54,447 nucleotides of DNA, taken from the NCBI GenBank assembly GCA_018303185.1, contig JAGVYR010000033.1, forward strand, positions 1 to 54,447, written 5' to 3'. A program made the translations under genes and the position numbers. Source of the stretch: Candidatus Woesearchaeota archaeon (GTDB taxonomy: Archaea; Nanobdellota; Nanobdellia; Woesearchaeales; GW2011-AR4). Of this stretch, positions 17,706-25,910 are shown piece after piece (within the stretch, counting starts at the first letter, position 1; each line of letters begins with the position of its first letter). The notes under the pieces were generated by a model that saw nothing but the letters and a program-made list of their open reading frames with translations, was not told the origin of the DNA and searched no databases.

Positions 17706-17726
17706 AGGCTGTTTAAAAAGGTTATG
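17706..17726 (-). promoter_or_regulatory. BRE/TATA promoter of the rpl7ae operon
   Basis: Minus strand CATAACCTTTTTAAACAGCCT; implies a start site near 17690. Confidence 0.7.
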
Positions 17727-17810
17727 TTTTGGCACTTTAGCTTAATTCTTTATTACATGGTGGTAACAAAATAGAAAGATTTAAATATGGGCTGAATCAA
17801 TATTCCCTGC

Positions 17811-19208
17811 ATGGTAGATAATGGAATATCCCCTTATCCAGTCGCACAAGGGGCAGTGGGAAACGGTCTAGTGCTAAACAATGCAAGGCTCAGATACGAA
17901 ATTGTAGTTAAGTTGATAAAAGAGAGAGATCCCTTTTTCGGTGGAAAACTTCAGAATAACGGCGGCATAGAGGCTCTTTTAAAAGTTCTTGATCCAAATA
18001 AGCTGGGAGCTCAATCATGGAAGAGGCCTGATGGCAAAGGAGTGTTTTATCTTACTGGCACCTTGCCATATGAGCACATTGATGGCAATCAATGCGTAAG
18101 TGACGCCTCAATTTTATTATGGGGGGCTAATGAGAGGGAGAATCTAAGAGTGACAATCACTCCGGAGGATACTATTAGGACGAATGAAGGCAAATTTCCC
18201 CCAGATCGTATGCCTGTCGAAAGCCGTATGGATTTGCAGTTTTACTGTCCTTTACCGGATGATTATAAATCGAAGGGATTGAATCCGAGAGATTTTGCAG
18301 TAGGATTTGTGACTCATCGTGAAGGAAAGAAAGACCAGATTTTTAGGTATTATAGCGCTGCTTTGCGCATTTCCAATTTGCTGGGCGCCAGGTTGATTTA
18401 TTTTCCTGAGAACAGCGATGAAGTGAAGGAATACTTATCATTGGCAAGCAAGAGCAGTTTATCTTCCAAAGGGAAAGGCGGCATCGTGTTATCAGTGGCA
18501 AACACTTCGCCCGAAGGAATAAATGAGCTGATTGCCAACATTAGTGCTGGAAAAGCCCTGCCTGCGGGCTATGATATCGCTTCCGTCGTGGCGGCAATCA
18601 ACAGTGGACAGACGGCAATGCAAAATCCTGCACAAAGCGGGGCAATAAGCGCAATCCTCACAAAACCCCAACTTACATGGGCCGAGGCAATGAAGGATTT
18701 CAAGAAGCAGTATACATTTTTTGGGCAGCGCATTGACAGGGCAGTGAAATCAGCTACATCTGGGTCTGCAATTGAAACCATGCTTAATGGGGAAATATAT
18801 AGGGTCTTAAGATACAAAAAAAAATTTACAAGAGGAGTCCTTGCAGGAGAATGGACGCTAGAAATAATAGTTCAATATCGCCCCGACATGAGTGACGAAC
18901 ATCTAACCATCTATTCAAGAGCTTCAAAAGATGAAATCGAAAAAAATAATGCTCAGAATAGAGAAATAGTATTGACTATGGTTGTTGATTATGGCGGTAA
19001 GGCGCATAAACAAAATACATCGGCTCAAGCCAACGGTAAAGCGATTGCAGTAATAATGAGAATACCGGGCCAAAGAGAGTTTAATAAAGATGACTTAATG
19101 CATCAAATAATTGAGGAGTCTCTTTATGTTGTTGCGCAAGATCTAGGTGCGGATCCCAGCAGGGCAGGTGTGGGAACTGTAATCAACAAACTCAGGCAAA
19201 CCAAATGA
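17811..19208 (+). CDS. Hypothetical protein (465 aa)
   Basis: Long ORF with TATA TTTAAATA at about 17780; no motif recognised. Confidence 0.75.
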   Translation: MVDNGISPYPVAQGAVGNGLVLNNARLRYEIVVKLIKERDPFFGGKLQNNGGIEALLKVLDPNKLGAQSWKRPDGKGVFYLTGTLPYEHIDGNQCVSDASILLWGANERENLRVTITPEDTIRTNEGKFPPDRMPVESRMDLQFYCPLPDDYKSKGLNPRDFAVGFVTHREGKKDQIFRYYSAALRISNLLGARLIYFPENSDEVKEYLSLASKSSLSSKGKGGIVLSVANTSPEGINELIANISAGKALPAGYDIASVVAAINSGQTAMQNPAQSGAISAILTKPQLTWAEAMKDFKKQYTFFGQRIDRAVKSATSGSAIETMLNGEIYRVLRYKKKFTRGVLAGEWTLEIIVQYRPDMSDEHLTIYSRASKDEIEKNNAQNREIVLTMVVDYGGKAHKQNTSAQANGKAIAVIMRIPGQREFNKDDLMHQIIEESLYVVAQDLGADPSRAGVGTVINKLRQTK

Positions 19209-19331
19209 GATTAAATACGATTATGATCTTATTTTTAAGATGATATCAAACAATAAACTGCTATTGTAGCAGTGATTTAATATTGAAATTATCATACTTA
19301 ATTTAGGACACTTCGAACTCAAAGGATAAAC

Positions 19332-20051
19332 TCACTTCTCAAACCACTTCAGCGCCTCATTAAACTCTTTCCCGTCAATATCCTGCCACAATTTCTTTGA
19401 ATGGAATACTTTCGCATTCACAGAATCCCAAAGCAGGAGCGAAGTGTTCTTTCCCCGGTTATTGTTTATTATCAGCTCAGGCGGAATGAAATAAGACGAA
19501 TACAGATTCTCTTTCACTAAATCCTTGTCAATCAGCTCAGGGTCCATCTTTCCTGCCTTTACCTGCATGGCAATTATCTTGAATGCATCCAGCATCTCTT
19601 CCTGCCCGTCATAGTTTATGCAGAAATTCAAAAACATGCTGTCGTAGTCTTTTGTCCCGTCTATCGCATTTTTTATGGATTCAATCACTTTTCCGGGCAG
19701 ATGGTACCATTTCCCTAGGACAGATACCTTTACCTTGTTCTCATTCACAAGCTTGCTCCTCGGAAGGTGCTCAAAGAATGATGCGAGGGAATCAAGATAG
19801 GCATCATAGAACTCTCTGTTCAAGTCCACTTTTTCTGAAAGCGCATAAAAAGTCATTACAGGGATTTTCAGCTCTGCCTGCATTTCAACAAGCTCCTTGA
19901 CCCTTTCAAATGCCTTCTCATTCGCCTCTTTCAGCGACTTTTTATTTTCCAGAGCCCAGCTCTCTATGCCGTTCATGCTGAAAGCTGCATGCTTTGGCAA
20001 TTTTGAAAAAGACCTTTTGGCGGCTCCTGTTATCTTCTGGAGCATTTCCAT
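19332..20051 (-). CDS. cis-prenyltransferase (UppS) family protein, catalytic motifs degenerate
   Basis: PKHAAFSMNG, YALS, LNFCINYDGQEE, PELII…LLLWDS follow the UppS motif order but lack DGNRR and RTSGExRLS. Start placed at MEML. Confidence 0.85.
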   Translation of the reverse strand: MEMLQKITGAAKRSFSKLPKHAAFSMNGIESWALENKKSLKEANEKAFERVKELVEMQAELKIPVMTFYALSEKVDLNREFYDAYLDSLASFFEHLPRSKLVNENKVKVSVLGKWYHLPGKVIESIKNAIDGTKDYDSMFLNFCINYDGQEEMLDAFKIIAMQVKAGKMDPELIDKDLVKENLYSSYFIPPELIINNNRGKNTSLLLWDSVNAKVFHSKKLWQDIDGKEFNEALKWFEK

Positions 20052-20118
20052 CCAACCACCCTTATTGACGTGCAAATGGTAAAGAACATTTATAAATGTT
20101 TTCCTTTTTTGCAAGGAA

Positions 20119-21021
20119 ATGGCAGCCTTGCTTTTCATACCCTACACACTTGCACTCTTGGCTTTAGGCTGGGCTTCATACACTGATTTCAAGACAAGGG
20201 AAGTGCCTGACTGGCTTAATTTCAGCCTTGTTGCTTCCGGAATCGGCATTAATCTTATTTTTTCGCTTGTTTTTCTTGATTTTTCTTATATTGCCAACAG
20301 CCTGCTGGGCTTTGGGCTGTTTTTTCTGTTAGGCATGCTGATGTTCTATACAGGCCAGTGGGGCGGCGGAGACAGCAAGATGCTGATGGGCTTGGGAGCG
20401 CTGCTGGGATTGGGGCTTTTCGACAAGCTGACATTTTCAGAAGTTGAATTATTTTCCTCCTTCCCTTTGTTTTTCAGCTTTTTCATAAACCTGCTTTTGG
20501 TCGGTGCTGTTTACGGGCTTGTGTGGAGCTTTTCCCTCGCATTTTTGAATTCAAAGTCTTTTTTGCAGGAGTTTAAAAGAATCAATAAAAGCAAGGATAT
20601 TATGTTGTGGAAAAAAATTATCATAGTTGCCCTGGCAATTGCTTTCGGACTTATATTTTTCATTCAGAATCCAGCAGTAAAAGTGCCTCTTGCCTCCGCA
20701 GCTCTCCTAGCAGCCATCACCTTTTACCTTGTGCTTTTCATAAAAGCGATTGAGCACTCCTGCATGCTCAGGAGGGTTGCCCCAAATGTTTTGACCGAAG
20801 GCGACTGGGTAGCTGAAGATGTCAAATACAGGGGGAAAGTAATTGCCTCTCCAAAAGATTTGGGAGTTTCCAAGGAGCAGATAAAAAAATTAAGCTTGCT
20901 TTACAGGCAGAAGAAAATCAAGATGGTTTTGATGAAAGTCGGAATCCCTTTCATTCCGTCATTCTTTCTTGCTTTTGTTGTTACTCTGGCTTACGGGAAT
21001 CTGATTTTGATGTTTGTTTAG
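20119..21021 (+). CDS. Type IV prepilin/preflagellin peptidase (A24 family)
   Basis: YTDFKTREVPD and GGGDSK catalytic aspartates, multiple TM helices, C-terminal GIPFIP. Confidence 0.92.
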   Translation: MAALLFIPYTLALLALGWASYTDFKTREVPDWLNFSLVASGIGINLIFSLVFLDFSYIANSLLGFGLFFLLGMLMFYTGQWGGGDSKMLMGLGALLGLGLFDKLTFSEVELFSSFPLFFSFFINLLLVGAVYGLVWSFSLAFLNSKSFLQEFKRINKSKDIMLWKKIIIVALAIAFGLIFFIQNPAVKVPLASAALLAAITFYLVLFIKAIEHSCMLRRVAPNVLTEGDWVAEDVKYRGKVIASPKDLGVSKEQIKKLSLLYRQKKIKMVLMKVGIPFIPSFFLAFVVTLAYGNLILMFV

Positions 21022-21291
21022 TCAATGGTTTCCGCCCATTATGGTTATAAGTTCCCGCGGCGTAGCAGGTATCGGGCTTTTATCCATTTGGGCAATCCTA
21101 TCTAACAGTTCTCCGCACCTGTCCGGTATCCTGAAAAGTTCATCTACTCCTTCGTGCGTTGCAATCCGTCTGGGCTTAGCGGGCGCATATTTCCGGTATA
21201 TCTCTGAAACCCCTCTTTCAATCTCCATGACGGCAGGCAGAGCCGCTGAAACCATCATCAAGGCCAGCCCGAGAGACTCATAGACTTCCAT
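21022..21291 (-). CDS. Hypothetical protein (89 aa)
   Basis: ORF with GGAGG SD upstream and an N-terminal hydrophobic stretch; fills the gap between convergent and divergent neighbours. Confidence 0.5.
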   Translation of the reverse strand: MEVYESLGLALMMVSAALPAVMEIERGVSEIYRKYAPAKPRRIATHEGVDELFRIPDRCGELLDRIAQMDKSPIPATPRELITIMGGNH

Positions 21292-21362
21292 GTTCTTGGT
21301 TTCCTCCCACGGTTTTTAACCTTTTCTGAAAAATTTATAAACCCGCAGCGTAATTTGAAGCT

Positions 21363-21944
21363 ATGGCAGAAAAAAAGCCGCTTTATTCAGGCTGGTCCAA
21401 AATTTCATTGGTTGCGGCAATAGTCCTTTCCCTTGCAGTATGGCTTTTCTCCAGGCAGGAATTCTTCACTTCCGCATACTGGCTTTTCTGGCTTTACTTC
21501 CCGCTTATGATGCTGCACCATTTCGAGAAATTCACTTTATCGGACTTTAGAGGGTGGATAAACAAAGTTTGTTTCAAAAGCAATGATGCAAATTTTCCGT
21601 TAAAAGATGAAACAGCATTTTATTTTAACGTTGTTTTAGGTTATTTAATCCCTCTTGCTTTAATCCTATTGGCGCCTTATTCTATTGTATTCCCAACAAT
21701 AGCTGTAATGTACGCACTTAATCTTGCATGGTTCCATATCTCCTACACTGTCGGCGAGAGGGCATATTCTCCGGGATTTTTTACAAGCATCTTTCTGCTG
21801 CTGCCGTGGGCGCCAATCACTTTCTACCATTACGTTTCTAATGGTGAATTAGAAGTCTGGATGATTGGCATTGCCTTCATTCTGGGGTTGGCAATGCATT
21901 ATTCTCTTTTTTTCAGGATGAGATTGAGGCTGCAGGGAAAGTGA
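21363..21944 (+). CDS. HXXEE-domain-like membrane protein
   Basis: LHHFEK, WFHI, YSPGFFTS motifs and about 6 TM helices. Confidence 0.7.
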   Translation: MAEKKPLYSGWSKISLVAAIVLSLAVWLFSRQEFFTSAYWLFWLYFPLMMLHHFEKFTLSDFRGWINKVCFKSNDANFPLKDETAFYFNVVLGYLIPLALILLAPYSIVFPTIAVMYALNLAWFHISYTVGERAYSPGFFTSIFLLLPWAPITFYHYVSNGELEVWMIGIAFILGLAMHYSLFFRMRLRLQGK

Positions 21945-22000
21945 GAGTTCTTACAATATTTGAATCATGTGCCAATTACAAATTTAAATTTTTAAACTCT

Positions 22001-22687
22001 CTAAAAACCAGTTAAAAGTTTCTCTACCGCTTCAGGTAAATGTGGCATTTTGTCATCCATATACAACAGAATTTCCTTATCATAAAAGTTTTGTTCAAAA
22101 GCCTTCTTGAGTTCCGGATATGTTGAAATATCATCGCCCCATAGTTTCATTGTAGTATATGTAACAAGCTGCTCTTCAAAATTTACATAAGGGTTATGAC
22201 AGTTTTTGAAATATATGTCATCATACCCATTCAACTTCATCAAATTATTAAATTTTTTATTAAATTTACTTTGCTGGTATATAAAACAAAATAATCTTAA
22301 CCTCAATGGTATACTGGGATTTTTGTATAATCCAATGATTTCATTTATTTTAGGGATATCCTGTGGAAAAATTTTCCAACCATATCTGAAGTCAGGTCCA
22401 AGCCAATAATGAACAAACTCATGAGTTACAATTCTCAGTAAATAATCAAACTTACTCGTATTTGTTGGATTTATTTTGAGAGTCCATTTTCCATTATCTT
22501 CACAAAGGCCGCCAGCCTTTCCTGTAACAAAAGTATAACGTATCTTAAGTTTAGGGAGACTAAATCCAATATCAATATTTTTAATTTTTTGAAGAACAAT
22601 TTTCTTTGCTTTCAGTATTCTAAAGTAATGGATGGGGTACATAAATAGGTCAAAAACACTTACCTGTTCATTTGTATAGTCTTGCAT
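22001..22687 (-). CDS. Putative zincin-type metallopeptidase-like protein
   Basis: THEFVHY HExxH motif and downstream FEEQLV; AT-rich. Confidence 0.6.
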   Translation of the reverse strand: MQDYTNEQVSVFDLFMYPIHYFRILKAKKIVLQKIKNIDIGFSLPKLKIRYTFVTGKAGGLCEDNGKWTLKINPTNTSKFDYLLRIVTHEFVHYWLGPDFRYGWKIFPQDIPKINEIIGLYKNPSIPLRLRLFCFIYQQSKFNKKFNNLMKLNGYDDIYFKNCHNPYVNFEEQLVTYTTMKLWGDDISTYPELKKAFEQNFYDKEILLYMDDKMPHLPEAVEKLLTGF

Positions 22688-22833
22688 AACGTAGCGAACA
22701 GAAACTAGTATTTAAACAGTAGTGAAGGCAAGTTAGAATAAGTATCAAATCATGTAGAATCTGCCTACTTCCCCTAAAACTCTCCACAGAAATCAAAATC
22801 CCAACAGCATATACTGCAGGAATTAAAACTGGG

Positions 22834-23373
22834 TTAAGGTATCTTCCTCAGCTGCTTGGTGAAATAATCGTCTTCCTCGTCAGCAGAAATGTAGTCGGGA
22901 GCATCAAGCTGCCTTACAGCCTTCTCCTTCTTCTCAGCCTCAAACGAGCCTATGTTCTTTGCCCCTTCTTTTAATTTCAATTCAACAGTGGACATTTCCT
23001 CCTCGTCAAGCTGCTTCGGCTGCCACTGCAGATTTATGCCGTCATTCTCATGCCTTGGAATGATGTTAACCATGAAATGCGCGACAGTTTGCCCTGCCGG
23101 AACCCCGTTAGCGATGAATATGTTGGTTCCCTGCGCCTTCAAAACATCAAATACAGCGGAGCTTATCTTGTTGGAGATGCTGAAGATTTTCGCAAGCACG
23201 GGGTCGGGAACCTGCTCTATTATGGGATAATGCTCCTTCGGGAAGACAAAGCAGTGGCCGGGATTTGCGCCATTGACATCAAGCACAGCAAGTATCTGTT
23301 CGTCCTCGTAAACCTTCTTTGAAGGTATCTTTCCCTCTATGATTCCGCACACCAAGCAGCCGGGCTTTGTCAT
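22834..23373 (-). CDS. HIT family protein, degenerate triad (HFMVN)
   Basis: CLVC…IPSKKVYEDE…NPGH…PKEHY…AGQTVAHFMVNIIPR. Confidence 0.9.
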   Translation of the reverse strand: MTKPGCLVCGIIEGKIPSKKVYEDEQILAVLDVNGANPGHCFVFPKEHYPIIEQVPDPVLAKIFSISNKISSAVFDVLKAQGTNIFIANGVPAGQTVAHFMVNIIPRHENDGINLQWQPKQLDEEEMSTVELKLKEGAKNIGSFEAEKKEKAVRQLDAPDYISADEEDDYFTKQLRKIP

Positions 23374-24179
23374 TTTTTCGCCCCCAGGACGCGCGCGATA
23401 TCATCAAGGTCTATGCCGCCGCCTTCATTTCCAGCATTTTTTTCCGATTCACTTTTTTCTTCTGCTTTGTCTTTTGGAATGCCTTTGCCCTCTTCTCTGT
23501 TTTTTTTATTGTAGTCTTTTTCCGATGTTTTTTTTGGCTGCGGGCCCTTCCAATCTTTTTTCTCTGTTGTTCCATCCTTTCTCTCTATTGTTCTCTCCTT
23601 TGAAAAATCTTTATCCCCTGCCTTTTCCCTGAAATCAGCGATAACCTCTTTCTTCCCCCTTGGCTCCCTTTCAAACGTGCCTCCAAGGTGCATCGCTATC
23701 TTTTCGGCAATGCCGTCCATTTGCTCCTCTGTCATGGCTTTCTGCGGCAGCTCAAAATTCACCCCATCCTTGTCTTTTCTTGGAATTACATGTATCATGA
23801 AGTGCTGCGCTCTCTGGCCTGCTGCCACCCCATTCGCTACAATTATGTTTGTTCCCTGCACTTCAAGAGAGCGAAGCATCGCGTTTGAGAGCGCCTTTGC
23901 AGCCATGAACAAATGCCCTATCTCGTCTTCAGGGATTTGGGGCATTATGGCATAGTGCTCCTTCGGCATAAGCAAAACGTGCCCCGGATTTGCAGGGTTT
24001 ATGTCCAATACTGCAAGGCTTTTGTCATCCTCAAAGATTTTCCTTGACTGCACTTTCCCGGAAATAATATGGCAGAATATGCACTGCTGCTTTTGGAACT
24101 CTTTCAATTCTTCAGGAGACATGCTCTTGATTTTCTCCTGCAGCTCCTTTATCCTCTCTTCATCCATCTGTTCAGCCAT
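23370..24179 (-). CDS. HIT family protein, degenerate triad (HFMIH), with charged extensions
   Basis: CIFC…LDINPANPGH…PKEHY…AGQRAQHFMIHVIPR. Confidence 0.9.
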   Translation of the reverse strand: MAEQMDEERIKELQEKIKSMSPEELKEFQKQQCIFCHIISGKVQSRKIFEDDKSLAVLDINPANPGHVLLMPKEHYAIMPQIPEDEIGHLFMAAKALSNAMLRSLEVQGTNIIVANGVAAGQRAQHFMIHVIPRKDKDGVNFELPQKAMTEEQMDGIAEKIAMHLGGTFEREPRGKKEVIADFREKAGDKDFSKERTIERKDGTTEKKDWKGPQPKKTSEKDYNKKNREEGKGIPKDKAEEKSESEKNAGNEGGGIDLDDIARVLGAKK

Positions 24180-25587
24180 TTTCTTTCGATGGTTTGATTT
24201 TTATCCTTTTTACCTTTATGCCGACAGCGCGGGCATCATCACTCCCCTGCTCATAGCCTGTGAAAGTTATCTTGTCAATGAACTTCCCTTCTCCGAAGTC
24301 AAATTCGGTTTTTCCATAGGCGCCTTCGGAGATGCCGCATTCAAGGCTTATTTCTCCTGTTTTTATTTCATTCCCTGCCTGCACAAGGCAGGCTCCCTTA
24401 TCGCGCCTGCAGCACCAGTCTATATCAATCTTTTCAACATTTCTGCTTACAGGAACTTCCACATTGGAATCTGCCAATTCCACGCAGTCAGGGCTGCTGC
24501 ATACGGGCTTGTCTATGTACAATGTTCCATCCCCTTTCTCAAGGACAATGCCATCATCTTCATGGCTTTGCGCATCTGCCTGCAGAGTATCGGGCCCTGG
24601 ATTAGGCTGCTGCTGTTCATTGGCATCGGAGAGACCGGCAGCCCCCGCAGGCAGCTCGCGCGCTATGCCTATGCCCTCTATTATCTCCTTGCAGTTCTCA
24701 GTAAGCTTCTTATCAAGCTTGTAATTAAGCTTTTCCTCTTCCCCAAGTTCGCTGAACTGCCACATGATTAATGGGTCATCACGGACAATCTGCGCTTCGC
24801 TTCCAAGATTTTCTGTAAGATAATCATTTAGGCTCGATACGCATTCTTTCGGGATATACTCGTAAAACCTGAAATTCTTTACGCCTTCCTGCTTCGGCTT
24901 TAAAATTATCTCCACCTTTGTTATTCCGGTATCAGGGCAGTATTGGTAGCGCCTGAACATATTCACTCTTGACAGGGTTTCCCTGAACCTGCCTGCTTCA
25001 GAACTAATGTCGCTTAAGCTGGCTGGAATGCCTGAATCCTTAAAGCTTTCAATAATGCCTGAAATATCCTCATCAGAGGGGTTTATTGGAATCTCGGTGC
25101 ATTCAATCTCGCTGCACCCCGGCACAACGGAAGTTTTTGCGCCCTTTCCCTCGATGAAAAGCTCCATGAACCCTGCCCTTGGGGCAATGCAGAGATGGTA
25201 GGGGTATTCAAGCTCAAGCGCCCCGGCATCAAAAGACCTCAGCACTTTCCCATTTTTTACAATGAGCACGCTGTCAGCTTTGCCGGCAACTGCATTTTCT
25301 ATAATCGGCTTTTCCCTGAACATGCCCGATGGCATGTCTTTTGCCAAATCAACAAAGAATATCTCGTCTGCGCTGCACGGCACATTGACTTTTTTCTTGG
25401 CAACTTCCCCAAACCTGATTTCCTTTCCCAGCTCAGACAGGTCAATCTGGAATTTGTCCATCTCTGTCCTGCACATCCTGTCTCTTACAGAGGTATAGGC
25501 TTTCCATGCAAATACCTGCGCCCCTATTATGACCATGGCAATTATAGCATACTTCACAACATCAGAGAGCTGCCCCTTTTTTAGCAT
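24172..25587 (-). CDS. Type IV pilin-like surface protein with class III signal peptide
   Basis: MLKKG/QLSDVVKYAIIAMVIIG followed by a Cys-rich extracellular region. Start may be 25599 or 25587. Confidence 0.7.
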   Translation of the reverse strand: MLKKGQLSDVVKYAIIAMVIIGAQVFAWKAYTSVRDRMCRTEMDKFQIDLSELGKEIRFGEVAKKKVNVPCSADEIFFVDLAKDMPSGMFREKPIIENAVAGKADSVLIVKNGKVLRSFDAGALELEYPYHLCIAPRAGFMELFIEGKGAKTSVVPGCSEIECTEIPINPSDEDISGIIESFKDSGIPASLSDISSEAGRFRETLSRVNMFRRYQYCPDTGITKVEIILKPKQEGVKNFRFYEYIPKECVSSLNDYLTENLGSEAQIVRDDPLIMWQFSELGEEEKLNYKLDKKLTENCKEIIEGIGIARELPAGAAGLSDANEQQQPNPGPDTLQADAQSHEDDGIVLEKGDGTLYIDKPVCSSPDCVELADSNVEVPVSRNVEKIDIDWCCRRDKGACLVQAGNEIKTGEISLECGISEGAYGKTEFDFGEGKFIDKITFTGYEQGSDDARAVGIKVKRIKIKPSKENG

Positions 25588-25661
25588 AACATTTAGCATA
25601 ACATTATCCTGAAAATGCCGCTTTATAATATTTTTGCATAAGTAAGCTTATTTTGTATTTT

Positions 25662-25868
25662 CCGCACGCCACCACTTCGGCGGCTGGACGGACTGCTCAT
25701 TGCATTCGCAGTCCTACGAAACACCCCGTAAGGGACTTCCCCCGTTTCGTCCAGCGCCGGCGTGGCGTGCGGCGAGGCTGGGGAAGCCCTTTGGGATGCC
25801 GAGCAGGATTTACGGAGTAAAACCGTCGCACCGCCATTGTCGGCGCTCAAGCCTGCTTTAGCAATCCC
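25662..25868. other. GC-rich, highly structured intergenic element (ncRNA or REP-like DNA element)
   Basis: ccgcacgccac/gtggcgtgcgg 11-bp stem enclosing nested stems; second domain gggatgc…agcagg / cctgct…gcaatccc. Confidence 0.6.
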
Positions 25869-25910
25869 CTATGAAAAGTATTAAATATCCCATAATACTG
25901 GAACATCTTG

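Noticed and set aside
12794-17706. Many plus-strand ORFs opposite tuf, fus, ndk and ribosomal genes
   Set aside because: Antisense shadows of conserved genes with no motifs.
14008-17726. IS-like terminal repeats (aggctgttta.aaagg)
   Set aside because: The copies are in direct orientation, flank core genes, and coincide with expected TATA positions; better explained as promoters.
22715-22775. Weak inverted repeat (agtgaaggca…tgcctact)
   Set aside because: Short and imperfect; could arise by chance.
24001-24771. 256-aa plus-strand ORF
   Set aside because: Fully overlaps the HIT and pilin-like genes on the other strand and has no recognisable features.
25662-25868. SRP RNA or RNase P RNA
   Set aside because: No SRP helix-8 motif on either strand. 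GGGGGAAGTCCC on the minus strand resembles the RNase P 5' P4 strand, but no matching 3' conserved region was found.
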